Assembly (NCBI RefSeq): GCF_000014265.1
Contig: NC_008312.1
Location: forward strand, 6,300,001-6,332,000
From: Trichodesmium erythraeum IMS101
GTDB lineage: Bacteria > Cyanobacteriota > Cyanobacteriia > Cyanobacteriales > Microcoleaceae
Reading direction: 5' to 3'
Length of the DNA stretch: 32,000 bases
Of the stretch, positions 8,739 through 18,486 are shown in pieces. Under the pieces are notes generated by a model. That model was not told the DNA's origin and did no database searches. It saw only the letters and a list, made by a program, of their open reading frames with translations. Within the stretch, counting starts at the first letter, position 1. Each line of letters begins with the position of its first letter. The translations under genes and the position numbers were made by a program.

Positions 8739-9904
8739 GTTGAAAGCTATTTTGTGATTTGTTCTATGAACTAATAGTAGTTATAGCTCAATACAGTTCA
8801 GTGTGATATTCCCCAAGTGCCAAGTGAAAAAAAAGCAACCTCTTTTTTAATGAATTTTCTCAAACATAGTGATTACAAATGTTTGTTTTAAATAAGCCTA
8901 AAGTATATAGCAGTTCAATAGCTTTTATTGATTCTATAATTTTATTTGATACAGCAAAATGATAAACACTTTGATTTTTAATATCTCTATTTTAAAGATT
9001 AGATTCTTTAGCTATTCATGTAACTAAAATTTTCAGAAATTATTTTTGAGATTATTTTTAATGGGATGCTTTAATAAGTTCTCTAGCGACTATATTAAAT
9101 AGCTGATAAGATATTTTTTTTTGTTTTTATGATTATAATTGAACATAGAAAAAAAATTGTTCAAACAAAAATTTAAGAGAAATTATTTGCTTTTTGAAAT
9201 GATGATTATTCTTAAAGCATTCAACTATGATGACTTTGTTTTTGCTGACAATTTTACTATTAATAGTTAGGCATTTTTTGGGCGAAAAAATACTTGCTTA
9301 TGCACCATTCTGTAGGAACTGTCACTGTAGGCAAGGGAACTATGCCGATCCCTAAAAATGGCTAAATCCCTTTTTTATTAATGATTAATGCTTTTTTGAA
9401 GTCAGAGTCTTTGCTTCTTACATTTTAGCCAATTTTATATTATAGTTTTGTGTAAGTTCTAGGGAATAGAGAGGAATAATTATTTAAACAGAAAAAAAAA
9501 GAAGAAAAACAACTACACTTCAGTAATCTTATAAACGCTATAATTAACTAAATACAGTTCAACAAGTTTCAGAAATTATTTTTATCTTAATAGCATAATT
9601 ACATTTTTGATATTACACTATTATAGTAGACCGCTAATATATTGAATCTTTGTTAATATTTTACTGTCAATATATATACATCAACTTGGTCTAGCTATAA
9701 GTTAACTTGACTCAGTAATTAAGATATTTTTTCCTAGGATAAAAAAACTCTCTTATTAGTACCTAAACATAAATTTATCTAATAATTTTATATACTCAAC
9801 CATTCCCTAAATCAAATATTCCATCAGATGCTATAGTTAAAATATAATATCAAAAATTACAGTTTTCTAAAAATCCAATCTTCATATATATATTTATAAA
9901 TAAA

Positions 9905-11383
9905 ATGCTTACTGAAGACAAACAAAAAACAAAACACAATTGGAAAAAAATAGCCAAACAATTTGAAGCAGTGGTTGGAAAAAAAGGTGTAGTTCAACGT
10001 AAAGAAGAATTATTAGTATACGAATGTGACGGTCTACCTAGTTATCGTCAAAGACCTGCATTAGTAATATTACCCCGCACCACCGAACAAGTCTCGGAAG
10101 CAGTAAAAATATGTCATAATCTCAATATTCCTTGGCTTCCAAGAGGTGCAGGAACAGGTCTTTCTGGAGGTGCATTACCAATAGAAAACTGCGTTTTAAT
10201 CGTTACTTCATTAATGCAAAAAATCCTGAAAATAGACTTAGAAAATCAACAAGTTGTTGTACAACCAGGTATTATTAATAATTGGGTGACACAAGCAGTT
10301 AGTGGAGCTGGTTTCTATTATGCTCCCGACCCTTCCAGTCAAATTATTTGTTCAATTGGTGGGAATATTGCTGAAAATTCTGGAGGGGTTCATTGTCTCA
10401 AATATGGTGTCACAACTAACCATGTTTTAGGATTAAAAATAGTTACTCCTGAAGGTTCAATATTTGACATTGGCGGACCAATTTCAGAGATGCCTGGTTA
10501 TGACTTAACAGGTTTATTTGTAGGGTCCGAAGGTACTTTGGGAATAGCTACAGAAATTACTCTGAGAATTCTTAAATCTCCTGAATCAGTATGTGTACTT
10601 TTAGCAGGATTTCCTACTATTGAAAGTACTGGGCAAGCTGTGTCGGATATTATCAGCGCCGGCATAATTCCTGGGGGAATGGAAATTATGGATAATTTTA
10701 GTATTAATGCTGTAGAAGATATAGTTAATACTGGTTTATATCCTCGGAATGCAGCAGCTGTTTTATTGGTAGAATTAGATGGTTCAGAGTTAGAAGTTGA
10801 TGTGAATAAACAACGAGTAAAAGAAATATGTGAACTGAATCAAGCTATAGAAATTACTACCGCTAATGAACCAGAAAAACGGATGAAATTATGGAAAGGG
10901 CGAAAAGCTGCTTTTGCTGCTGCTGGTAATATTAGTAAAAATTATTATGTACAAGATGGCGTGATACCTCGGACAAAAATGGCTTATGTTTTGGGTGAAA
11001 TTGAGGCAATAAGTAAGAAATATGGTTATCGTATTGCAAATGTATTTCATGCAGGAGATGGGAATCTTCACCCTTTAATTTTATATGATGATTCTCTAGA
11101 GGGAGATTTGGAAAAAGTAGAAGAAATAGGTGGGGAAATTCTCAAGTTATGTGTAGAGGTTGGTGGTAGTTTGTCTGGAGAACATGGCATTGGTTCAGAT
11201 AAGAAGTGTTATATGCCTTTGATGTTTAATGAGACTGATTTGGAAACTATGCAATGGGTAAGAAGTGTTTTTAATCCGAAAGGTTTAGCTAATCCTGAAA
11301 AAATATTTCCTACGCCTCGAACTTGCGGAGAATCTGCTAATGTTCAAAAGGTTAAGCATTTTGAAGGAGCGGAAGTTTTTTAG
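9905..11383 (+). CDS. glcD: FAD-linked glycolate dehydrogenase/oxidase subunit GlcD
   Basis: FAD-binding PCMH-type domain (LPRGAGTGLSGGALP, GGNIAENSGG). C-terminal FAD-oxidase motifs (FHAGDGNLHPLI, GGSLSGEHGIGSDK). The length of 492 aa is typical of GlcD. Confidence 0.8.
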   Translation: MLTEDKQKTKHNWKKIAKQFEAVVGKKGVVQRKEELLVYECDGLPSYRQRPALVILPRTTEQVSEAVKICHNLNIPWLPRGAGTGLSGGALPIENCVLIVTSLMQKILKIDLENQQVVVQPGIINNWVTQAVSGAGFYYAPDPSSQIICSIGGNIAENSGGVHCLKYGVTTNHVLGLKIVTPEGSIFDIGGPISEMPGYDLTGLFVGSEGTLGIATEITLRILKSPESVCVLLAGFPTIESTGQAVSDIISAGIIPGGMEIMDNFSINAVEDIVNTGLYPRNAAAVLLVELDGSELEVDVNKQRVKEICELNQAIEITTANEPEKRMKLWKGRKAAFAAAGNISKNYYVQDGVIPRTKMAYVLGEIEAISKKYGYRIANVFHAGDGNLHPLILYDDSLEGDLEKVEEIGGEILKLCVEVGGSLSGEHGIGSDKKCYMPLMFNETDLETMQWVRSVFNPKGLANPEKIFPTPRTCGESANVQKVKHFEGAEVF

Positions 11384-11620
11384 ACCATATCATGTCCGGA
11401 TAATTAGTGCTTAAAAAGTATATGGTTTTTAGTAGAGATTTGGCCCTTGAAATATCTATCTTAGAGCTCAAGCCTTACTGCAAGCTTTAAGGGACCAGGG
11501 TTTCTCTGGCTGAAAAATCCCCCTTGGTTGGGCAAGTGCAATGTTGGGAGTATAGAGTTTAGGCAACTTACTTTTTTGTGATGATATCCTTTAAGGCCTC
11601 AAGAAAGAATAACTCTTGCC

Positions 11621-12472
11621 CTAATATTTTAGATCCTCTTGTCTTAACCAACTATATAGCCTTTCTTTTTCCAACACAGGTACACCAAAATAAAATTCAC
11701 AGGCATAAAACCCTTCATCCTCAAGACCAACTGTATTAATATTCTTTTGATGTAAAGATTCAATAGTGTTTTGTTGCTCCAAGACACTAGCAAACTTCCG
11801 ACCTTTCTTAAACGGAACACTGCTTTTGAGCAGAGTATAATCATAATCCTGAAACACTTTGTTAATTTCAGAAGAATAAAATGCTCGATAGATAACAAAA
11901 GCAAATAACGGTGATAAAGATTTATGAGAGATGATAGGAAATATTTGCTGAAAGAAATATTCACCAATGTATCCAAGAGAACCTGTCGCAATAAAGAGAT
12001 CGGTTGTTTCAACAATGTGTTTCAACTCCTCCGGTAATGGCTCATGTCTCATATCAAAACAATAGGCTTTTTCACAAACCTGAACTCGTTCGGCAAAATC
12101 CATGGCAGGTTTAGAATTATCTGATAGATAAAATTTATATTCTGTATGACGGATGTCTTGATGCTTATAGAATCTTTCTATTTCTGCCCATGTTGGTTCT
12201 TGAGCGCCATCTCTCTCGATGAAAAAATCAATGAGTTGAGCCATCGTTAAATCATGGAGCAAAAGTGTAGAAATTATACCATAAGATGCACCAATATCAA
12301 CAATGTTTATAGGGCGTTGTTCTTTTTCATATAACATTTTCAACAGTGGGCGAAGATATCGGATACCATAATCAGGTACTCTATATTCTTGTTGAGATAC
12401 TATCTGTAAATATGATGCTGGGGTTGGCTGAACGTAAACTTCTGACCAGTTAGCTTTCTTGCTAATATCCAT
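11621..12472 (-). CDS. Atypical class I SAM-dependent methyltransferase-like protein (283 aa)
   Basis: Motif I-like INIVDIGASYGIIS. An acidic residue at the end of the next strand (FYLSDNS). Motif II-like DLFIATGSLGYI. No closer family assignment is possible by eye. Confidence 0.55.
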   Translation of the reverse strand: MDISKKANWSEVYVQPTPASYLQIVSQQEYRVPDYGIRYLRPLLKMLYEKEQRPINIVDIGASYGIISTLLLHDLTMAQLIDFFIERDGAQEPTWAEIERFYKHQDIRHTEYKFYLSDNSKPAMDFAERVQVCEKAYCFDMRHEPLPEELKHIVETTDLFIATGSLGYIGEYFFQQIFPIISHKSLSPLFAFVIYRAFYSSEINKVFQDYDYTLLKSSVPFKKGRKFASVLEQQNTIESLHQKNINTVGLEDEGFYACEFYFGVPVLEKERLYSWLRQEDLKY

Positions 12473-12852
12473 GATGATTTTCCTTTGTATATATCAAATA
12501 CAGCAGTTTTCATTTTAGTAAACTACAGTAGGGAGCTTGCATGGAACGTCCCTATAAGGTTTTGGTTGTGACGATGTGGTTGATTAATCTGAAAAGCGCT
12601 GTAAGCAAGTCGATTCTTGTCTCATAATAAGTCTAAACAATATTTTCAACAAGACTTACGCAGTGCAGCTATATATAGTGCATTATTGACAATAAATTCA
12701 GATATTGATACTACAAGTATTGTCTTTACGTAAGTCTTATTCAATAAGCATGAACTGAAGCTCCTTACTGAGAATATACATATCATGAACGTATTGAAAT
12801 ATTTGTAGGGCAAGGGATTTACTTCAGAGGATGCCTATTGGAGAACAAATGC

Positions 12853-13887
12853 TTAGGGTCGTAATGTCATTAAAGGTCTTGATAAGCTTGCCAAGTGAAT
12901 GTTATTCTTGAGAGCTAGTATTAGGCCAGCAGCTTCAGCATAGCTGTGAGCCTCAATAACATTATTTAATTGGAGTTTAGATTGAGAGACATCTAAAATG
13001 GTCTGATTCTCTCGCACAGCAATAACGGGTATATTATATTTTTCTGCCTGTAAAATAGGCACCCCTCCTAAACAAGTTGTAGGTATAACTACAGCTAATA
13101 CATTATTAATATTGATAATATCCGCTATGCGGTTTTTGGATTGTTTAATTTGTGGCGCTTTTTGTAAACCAACTAATATACAGGCTAAACCACTTGTGGA
13201 AGCCATCTCTCCTGCTCCTCTTGCATCAACAATATTATTTACCAAATCTAAATCTTTAATATTTAGCAAAGGGGCGTGAGCAACAGGGATTTGGAATTTT
13301 TTCATCATAAGGTGTGACATAATGGCTTCAACACCACCAACAGGATTGGGACATTCACCTCGGAAATGCTTGGCGTAAATTTCAGAAGGTAAATCTTGAA
13401 CATTTGTTGTGATAGCTATAGCATTAGCCCCTTTTTGAATCAGTTCTTGGCCAGCATTAATTAACACCTCAGGGTTATCCACACTACCCACAAAGGCTCC
13501 TACTTCATTTTGAATGCATCGACTGTAAATCGGTTCATCTGTAATTACAGGGTCTATGATATTAACACCATATATAGCTCTGACAGCATTAATCAGATTA
13601 AACAGAATGTCAATTTTCCAATCCTCTGATTTTTCAATAATTAGTCCGACGGTATTAGCATACGGAAGATGAAAATTGATGTAACCCCCACAAAATAGGT
13701 CAATAGAATGCCCTTCTGCATAGACAACATTATTCTTTAAGTTGATAAAATTGGAGGCATTAACTGTGTTAGGATTGGTAATTAAATAATCAACAGTAGA
13801 AGCTAACAAGTTAGCTGTTGGCGTGGCATCACCAGCATACCCTCCAATACTACAACCAATACCTGTGGGAATAATGTTTACCACCAC
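12853..13887 (-). CDS. DUF3326-family protein (cyanobacteria/plant-type uncharacterised enzyme-like protein)
   Basis: The N-terminal signature IIPTGIGCSIGGYAGDATP...ITNPN..NAS matches my recollection of the DUF3326 hallmark (PTGIGxxIGGxAGDA), followed by ...AHAPLL. GTG start. The reading frame stays open 17 codons further upstream, but without a canonical start. Confidence 0.6.
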   Translation of the reverse strand: MVVNIIPTGIGCSIGGYAGDATPTANLLASTVDYLITNPNTVNASNFINLKNNVVYAEGHSIDLFCGGYINFHLPYANTVGLIIEKSEDWKIDILFNLINAVRAIYGVNIIDPVITDEPIYSRCIQNEVGAFVGSVDNPEVLINAGQELIQKGANAIAITTNVQDLPSEIYAKHFRGECPNPVGGVEAIMSHLMMKKFQIPVAHAPLLNIKDLDLVNNIVDARGAGEMASTSGLACILVGLQKAPQIKQSKNRIADIININNVLAVVIPTTCLGGVPILQAEKYNIPVIAVRENQTILDVSQSKLQLNNVIEAHSYAEAAGLILALKNNIHLASLSRPLMTLRP

Positions 13888-13959
13888 AGTTTTCCCAGGA
13901 TAATACTGTCCCTCTACAGACTCATCTATTTCAGCAAACTATTTAGAGTACAGTGTAGC

Positions 13960-14142
13960 TTAGATAATTATTTCATCTGATGTGATTTGGCTAATATACC
14001 AGCGAATAGCATCTTTTCCAACTACCTGTTTGATAACATCAATTAATGAAGTGTTTGGCGTTATTTCTGATTTATTAATGCGATATTGTTTATTCTTAAT
14101 CATTTCAGAAAACCTTTGTAGTAATTTTTTGGCAGGGGACAA
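13960..14142 (-). CDS. Small ORF (60 aa from TTG 14142, or 47 aa from ATG 14103), hypothetical
   Basis: Lies between the sulfotransferase-like gene (7-nt gap) and the DUF3326 gene (72-nt gap) on the same strand. No motif recognised. Confidence 0.3.
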   Translation of the reverse strand: MSPAKKLLQRFSEMIKNKQYRINKSEITPNTSLIDVIKQVVGKDAIRWYISQITSDEIII

Positions 14143-14149
14143 AGTCAGA

Positions 14150-14893
14150 CTATAATTTCATGCGGTATTGATATAGTTCCTCATAAAAAGGTAGGCATTC
14201 TTCAAAAATGAGCTTTAAATGCTCAGGTAAGGTTGTTTCCTGCTGAGTAAAAGCAATAAATCCACTTGAATTGATAATTGTTGTATACCAACTTTTTGCC
14301 CATAGAGGATCTGTTTCTCTCATGCCGGCCTGCCATGTCAACATTTTCTCAGAATAATATAAGCCTAGTTTCGTGCATAATATCTGTAAAACTTTTTTGG
14401 GATTTTTTATTAAGTCAGTTGAATCAACAACAAGTGGTACTTTTTCAGTTTTGTCCTTAATTAGAAAGAAAAGATTATACAGATCTTCCATACCAATTTC
14501 ATGCAAGGTAAAATTTTTTGGATAGTTGTATATTTTTTGTCTCGAGGCAATAATTTCACGAGGATGTCTGATTAGAAAAAAATTATCAAGGCACATTAAA
14601 TGGTCTAGATCTAGGTTTTTGGGAAGATTGTTAGCCGTATGTTTTTGAAATGAAAAAGAGTACCCTTGAGGTAAATTACCAGTTATTTTCGATATAACTT
14701 TTTCATAATTAGTTTCATACCGTTCAATAATTTCTAATCTGTGGGGATGATCAAACCCTTGTGTTGTTAAATATGGAGGATAAAATGGCTCATCAAAAAC
14801 TACACATCCGTCCAATTCTTGAAAAGCTCGCGTCATAAGTGTTGAACGACTTCTCGCACAAGTCCACATCGCAATATGCTTGTTAGCTGTCAT
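14150..14893 (-). CDS. Sulfotransferase-like P-loop protein (247 aa)
   Basis: N-terminal 5'-PSB-like loop HIAMWTCARSRSTLMTRAF followed by FDEPFYPPYL. A 3'-PB-like element, FLIRHPREIIASRQK. The overall layout resembles the small bacterial/plant sulfotransferase-like family. Confidence 0.6.
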   Translation of the reverse strand: MTANKHIAMWTCARSRSTLMTRAFQELDGCVVFDEPFYPPYLTTQGFDHPHRLEIIERYETNYEKVISKITGNLPQGYSFSFQKHTANNLPKNLDLDHLMCLDNFFLIRHPREIIASRQKIYNYPKNFTLHEIGMEDLYNLFFLIKDKTEKVPLVVDSTDLIKNPKKVLQILCTKLGLYYSEKMLTWQAGMRETDPLWAKSWYTTIINSSGFIAFTQQETTLPEHLKLIFEECLPFYEELYQYRMKL

Positions 14894-15000
14894 GTAGCTC
14901 CTTGATTATGGCATTTTTAATGAATTTTGAGTCTTCCTATACAGAGGCATTGCATTTCTTAGAATCGTACTTTTTTTTATCAATTATTTCCTCTTACTCT

Positions 15001-16008
15001 CTACTCCCTAATTTTGCTAATAACTTCTCGCACTCGATAAATTGGACGTTCTTGAGATTCGTGATAAGTTCGCATGAGTAACTCTGCTAATAAACCAAAA
15101 CTGAATAATTGTAAACCAGCTAGTAATAAAACAACAACCAAAATTAGTAGAGGGCGATCGCCAATATTCTCACCAAAGCCAAGTTTTAAAATAGTTAAAT
15201 AAATCCCAAAAACTAACCCTAACCCCCCAGAAACTAAACCTAACATTCCAAAAATGTGCATAGGTCTAGTGAGGAATTTCTTCATAAAAAATACCGTTAA
15301 TAAATCCATAACAACTCGAAAAGTTCGCCCTAACCCATACTTACTTTTACCATAGCAACGAGCATAGTGGTTAACTGGTATTTCTGCAATTCTTGCTCCT
15401 TCAATAAAAGCTAAAGCGGGTAAAAATCTATGTAATTCACCATAAAGGTTCATATCAGCAACTAACTCCAAACGATAAGCTTTTAAAGAACAGCCATAAT
15501 CATGTAAATTGACTCCTGTTACTTTGGCAATTATCCAATTAGCAATTTTAGAAGGAAGTAGTCGTGTAACAAAATTATCTTGCCTATTTTTTCGCCATCC
15601 ACTCACCAAATCATAACCTTCATCTAGCTTAGATAATAATAGTGGAATATCTGCAGGGTCGTTCTGTAAATCTCCATCTAAAGTCACAACTATTTTACCA
15701 GTAGCATGCTTAAATCCTGCTGCCATAGCTGCAGTTTGCCCATAATTTCGACGGAGAATTACTACTTTTAAATCTGTACGTTTTTGAGCTAATTCTGTTA
15801 GAAGTTTTGTTGAACCATCCTGAGAACCATCATCTACACAGATAATTTCGTAAGTAAGTTTATTTTCTATTAAAGTAGTAGAAATATTTGTCAGTAGTTG
15901 AGGAATACTAGCAACTTCATTGTAAATAGGCGTCACAATAGATATATCTAATTGAGTAGGGGAACCTTTATATAGCTCTATCTCTTGAATATGTAGGTGG
16001 TTACTCAT
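15001..16008 (-). CDS. Family-2 glycosyltransferase, polyprenyl-phosphate sugar transferase type (GtrB/ArnC/DPM1-like)
   Basis: ISIVTPIYNE, VDDGSQDGS, DxD motif LDGDLQNDP. Two C-terminal TM helices (MHIFGMLGLVSGGLGLVFGIYL; PLLILVVVLLLAGLQLFSFGLLAELL). Confidence 0.85.
   Translation of the reverse strand: MSNHLHIQEIELYKGSPTQLDISIVTPIYNEVASIPQLLTNISTTLIENKLTYEIICVDDGSQDGSTKLLTELAQKRTDLKVVILRRNYGQTAAMAAGFKHATGKIVVTLDGDLQNDPADIPLLLSKLDEGYDLVSGWRKNRQDNFVTRLLPSKIANWIIAKVTGVNLHDYGCSLKAYRLELVADMNLYGELHRFLPALAFIEGARIAEIPVNHYARCYGKSKYGLGRTFRVVMDLLTVFFMKKFLTRPMHIFGMLGLVSGGLGLVFGIYLTILKLGFGENIGDRPLLILVVVLLLAGLQLFSFGLLAELLMRTYHESQERPIYRVREVISKIRE
15154..15161. repeat. HIP1 octamer GCGATCGC
   Basis: Exact octamer. 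Confidence 0.95.
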
Positions 16009-16469
16009 TATTAATTATTCATCCAATTTTTTGAGAAAGTTTAGTTTTAAGCATTTAGTTTAAGTCTTTTACTATCAAGTATCCATACTGACAACTTATA
16101 AAATTTATAACAAAGGTTTTGAAATTTCCCTGAGAAGTTTAATCCATTACTATAATATCTGTTAAACCTCCTATTATTATAATTAAATATGCTATAAAAA
16201 TGCAGATAAAATCAATCTCAATTTTTGTGATAATGAACCTCTTATGCCATATACTATCAGTACAATTATAGTAGATAAAAATTGTATAATGTGCTTAATT
16301 ATTAATGCTAAACCTATTATAAATAGAGTGATATATAGCAAATATAAACTGAATAAATTTTTGAGTTTAGCATTTAATTAATTTTTGTGTTATTCCTCAC
16401 CTACTTTCATCATACTAGGCTTTATTTAATATCTATTTTCAGACTGAAATTAACGTTTAATTTACTTTG

Positions 16470-17687
16470 TTATCTTTTCCTTTTAGCTAGCCAAATTTTC
16501 AATCTATTACATAAAACCTGAAAACCATGAGAAAAAGTCGGTAAACGTTGTAAATAAACACTAAGTCTCACTAAAGCAGCTAACCAACCATGCAAACTAA
16601 TACCAAAACTCGAAACAGCAGCAGAATTTACTCCCAAAGTAATCATTTCTCCTAAGTGTAAATAACGAAAAGGTTTGGGACGTTTATTATTTAAAATTGC
16701 CCAGAGATTTTTTGCTGCTTGACTTGCTTGTTGATAAGCAACTTGAGCTGTAGCTGGAAGTTTTTTACCATTGGGATATAAAATCTCAGCAATATCTCCC
16801 AAGGCAAAAACTTCTGAATAGCCAACTAATTGTAAAGTTTGCTCGCAAATAAGTTGACCTCTAGAATTGTGGTAACAATTCAAATTTTTAACCCACTCTC
16901 TTACTTGAGTACCTGCAGTCCACAGTACCAAATCTGTTAGAATAATAACACTTTCATTAGACTGCCATAAAGTAATTTTGTCAACTTCAATAGTATCAAC
17001 AGTTGTCTCTAAACTTATTAAAACATTTCGTTTATCTAAAGCACGTTGAGCATTTTTACGAGTAGCTGGAGTAAAGTTTTTTAGTATTTCTTTTCCTCTT
17101 TCTATTAAGCGTATTTCTCCTCGTCTTCCTAATCTATCTGCTATTTTTCCTGCCAACTCTACTCCACTTGGACCACCACCCACAATAGATACTCGAATTA
17201 ATTCTTGATTAGAATTTTCCAAAGTTTGTAGTTTTTTCTCTAATATTTGAGCATCAGCTAAAGTTCGGAATGTTAAAACATTTTCTGCAGTAGTTGGTAA
17301 TTTTCCATTAGTAACACCCACCGTAATAACTAAGTAGTCATAAGCTAAACTTCCTTGTTCTAAAAGTTTAACTTTACGAGCTTTAAAATCAATATTTTGA
17401 ATCGTATCTTGACAAAAAAGTATTTTCTTATTTTGTAGAAGTTTAGCAAAAGAGGGAGCTATTTCCCAAGTTTGGAGTTCATCTGTAATTACCTCATACA
17501 GTAGGGGAGTAAAAACAAGATGATCATGTTGATCTATTAATATAACTTCACAATTTTTATGTTTAAAACCCCAAAAACTATTCAGATACAATGCCGTGTA
17601 AAGACCACCAAAGCCACTACCCAATATGCAAATTTTTGTGATTTTATTACTTGGTTTTTCTCCTTGAGGTATTTCTCCAGTTTCCAT
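16470..17687 (-). CDS. Type II NAD(P)H dehydrogenase (NDH-2 family flavoprotein). At 405 aa its size matches the NdbB-type paralogue.
   Basis: Two dinucleotide-binding motifs, ICILGSGFGGLYTA and VSIVGGGPSGVELAG, plus FALGDIA. Confidence 0.85.
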   Translation of the reverse strand: METGEIPQGEKPSNKITKICILGSGFGGLYTALYLNSFWGFKHKNCEVILIDQHDHLVFTPLLYEVITDELQTWEIAPSFAKLLQNKKILFCQDTIQNIDFKARKVKLLEQGSLAYDYLVITVGVTNGKLPTTAENVLTFRTLADAQILEKKLQTLENSNQELIRVSIVGGGPSGVELAGKIADRLGRRGEIRLIERGKEILKNFTPATRKNAQRALDKRNVLISLETTVDTIEVDKITLWQSNESVIILTDLVLWTAGTQVREWVKNLNCYHNSRGQLICEQTLQLVGYSEVFALGDIAEILYPNGKKLPATAQVAYQQASQAAKNLWAILNNKRPKPFRYLHLGEMITLGVNSAAVSSFGISLHGWLAALVRLSVYLQRLPTFSHGFQVLCNRLKIWLAKRKR

Positions 17688-17757
17688 AGTTTCTCATGTT
17701 GATAAATATTAACCTTTTGTGTTGCTAGATTGTATAATATAAAATTAACTTTTGGAA

Positions 17758-17765
17758 GCGATCGC
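17758..17765. repeat. HIP1 octamer GCGATCGC
   Basis: Exact octamer. Confidence 0.95.
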
Positions 17766-18150
17766 TTTATTCAATAAGAGCGCAAAGTAAAAAAAAGATA
17801 ATGCTGTTTATTTGCTTGAGCTGAGTAAGCTACTTGTTTCTTGCTTACCTATTTGTTCCAAATCACTTCACAACAGATTCTAATAGTATAAAATACTATA
17901 AACTGAATAAATCTGTAGTTGCCCAATTTATCGACCACTTTTCTCTATTCAGTAGATAACCTCTAGTGACTTTTGTGGCGTTCAAATCTCTACTAATTAA
18001 GTCTGCAACATATTTTTTCTGAGTAGCCAAGGTAAATTCCTCCATGTTCAGATTTTTAAATAGAAGATTTTCCCTAAATAAATTTATAAGTTATAATTTT
18101 GTATCATCAAATACTATAAGCTGATTAGTCAAAGCATATATAATTATCAA

Positions 18151-18486
18151 ATGAATAATCACAACAATCAAAACTTTAAAGAAAATCCTGAACTAGATCA
18201 GGGATATGTATCAAATTCATTGAACCCTTTCTCTAAATTTTTCAAATCAATCCAAGTTTTTTTTGCACAGTTCTTAGAATGGTTTCAGCAACTTCCTCAA
18301 TGGGGAAAAATTATAGGTTTAATTATTATCCCCATCTTTGCCATCAAGATATTAGAAGCAGTTGTCAGTTTAGTTTCTTTGTTGATTACTATAGGTGTAT
18401 TTGCCGGGGTTATTTATGTAGGATATCGCTTTTTAATCATTCCTAATTCACCAGAAAAAGGTCAGGATAAAAATACTAATATCTAG
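18151..18486 (+). CDS. Small membrane protein (111 aa), hypothetical
   Basis: Two predicted TM helices (WGKIIGLIIIPIFAIKILEAVV; LLITIGVFAGVIYVGYRFLII). No recognised motif. Confidence 0.45.
   Translation: MNNHNNQNFKENPELDQGYVSNSLNPFSKFFKSIQVFFAQFLEWFQQLPQWGKIIGLIIIPIFAIKILEAVVSLVSLLITIGVFAGVIYVGYRFLIIPNSPEKGQDKNTNI

Noticed and set aside
9333-9346. GTAGG(G)CAAGGGA-like words at about 9335, 12528 and 12815
   Set aside because: Matches of about 12 nt with an indel are expected many times by chance in 32 kb. No consistent flanking structure.
11644-12015. 123-aa ORF nested in the methyltransferase gene, and similar nested or antisense ORFs (2368-2553, 2542-2727, 2964-3146, 3490-3684, 4002-4187, 7004-7246, 10889-11071, 14278-14460, 21762-22019, 28788-28985)
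   Set aside because: All lie in alternative frames or antisense inside genes with clear family motifs. They are products of AT-rich codon usage with few stops and have no independent support.
16027-16385. Loose similarity between TTTTTGAGAAAGTTTAGTTTTAAGCATTTAGTTTAA (about 16027) and TTTTTGAGTTTAGCATTTAATTAA (about 16356)
   Set aside because: It needs several indels, is low complexity, and has no boundary features. Probably compositional.
16343-17912. Exact 16-mer TATAAACTGAATAAAT on both sides of the NDH-2 gene (about 16343 and about 17897), and the 16-mer TTCAGAAATTATTTTT at about 9033 and about 9567
   Set aside because: Both are almost pure A/T. A rough estimate gives on the order of one such chance repeat among the AT-rich spacers of this window. 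No associated inverted repeats or other element features.
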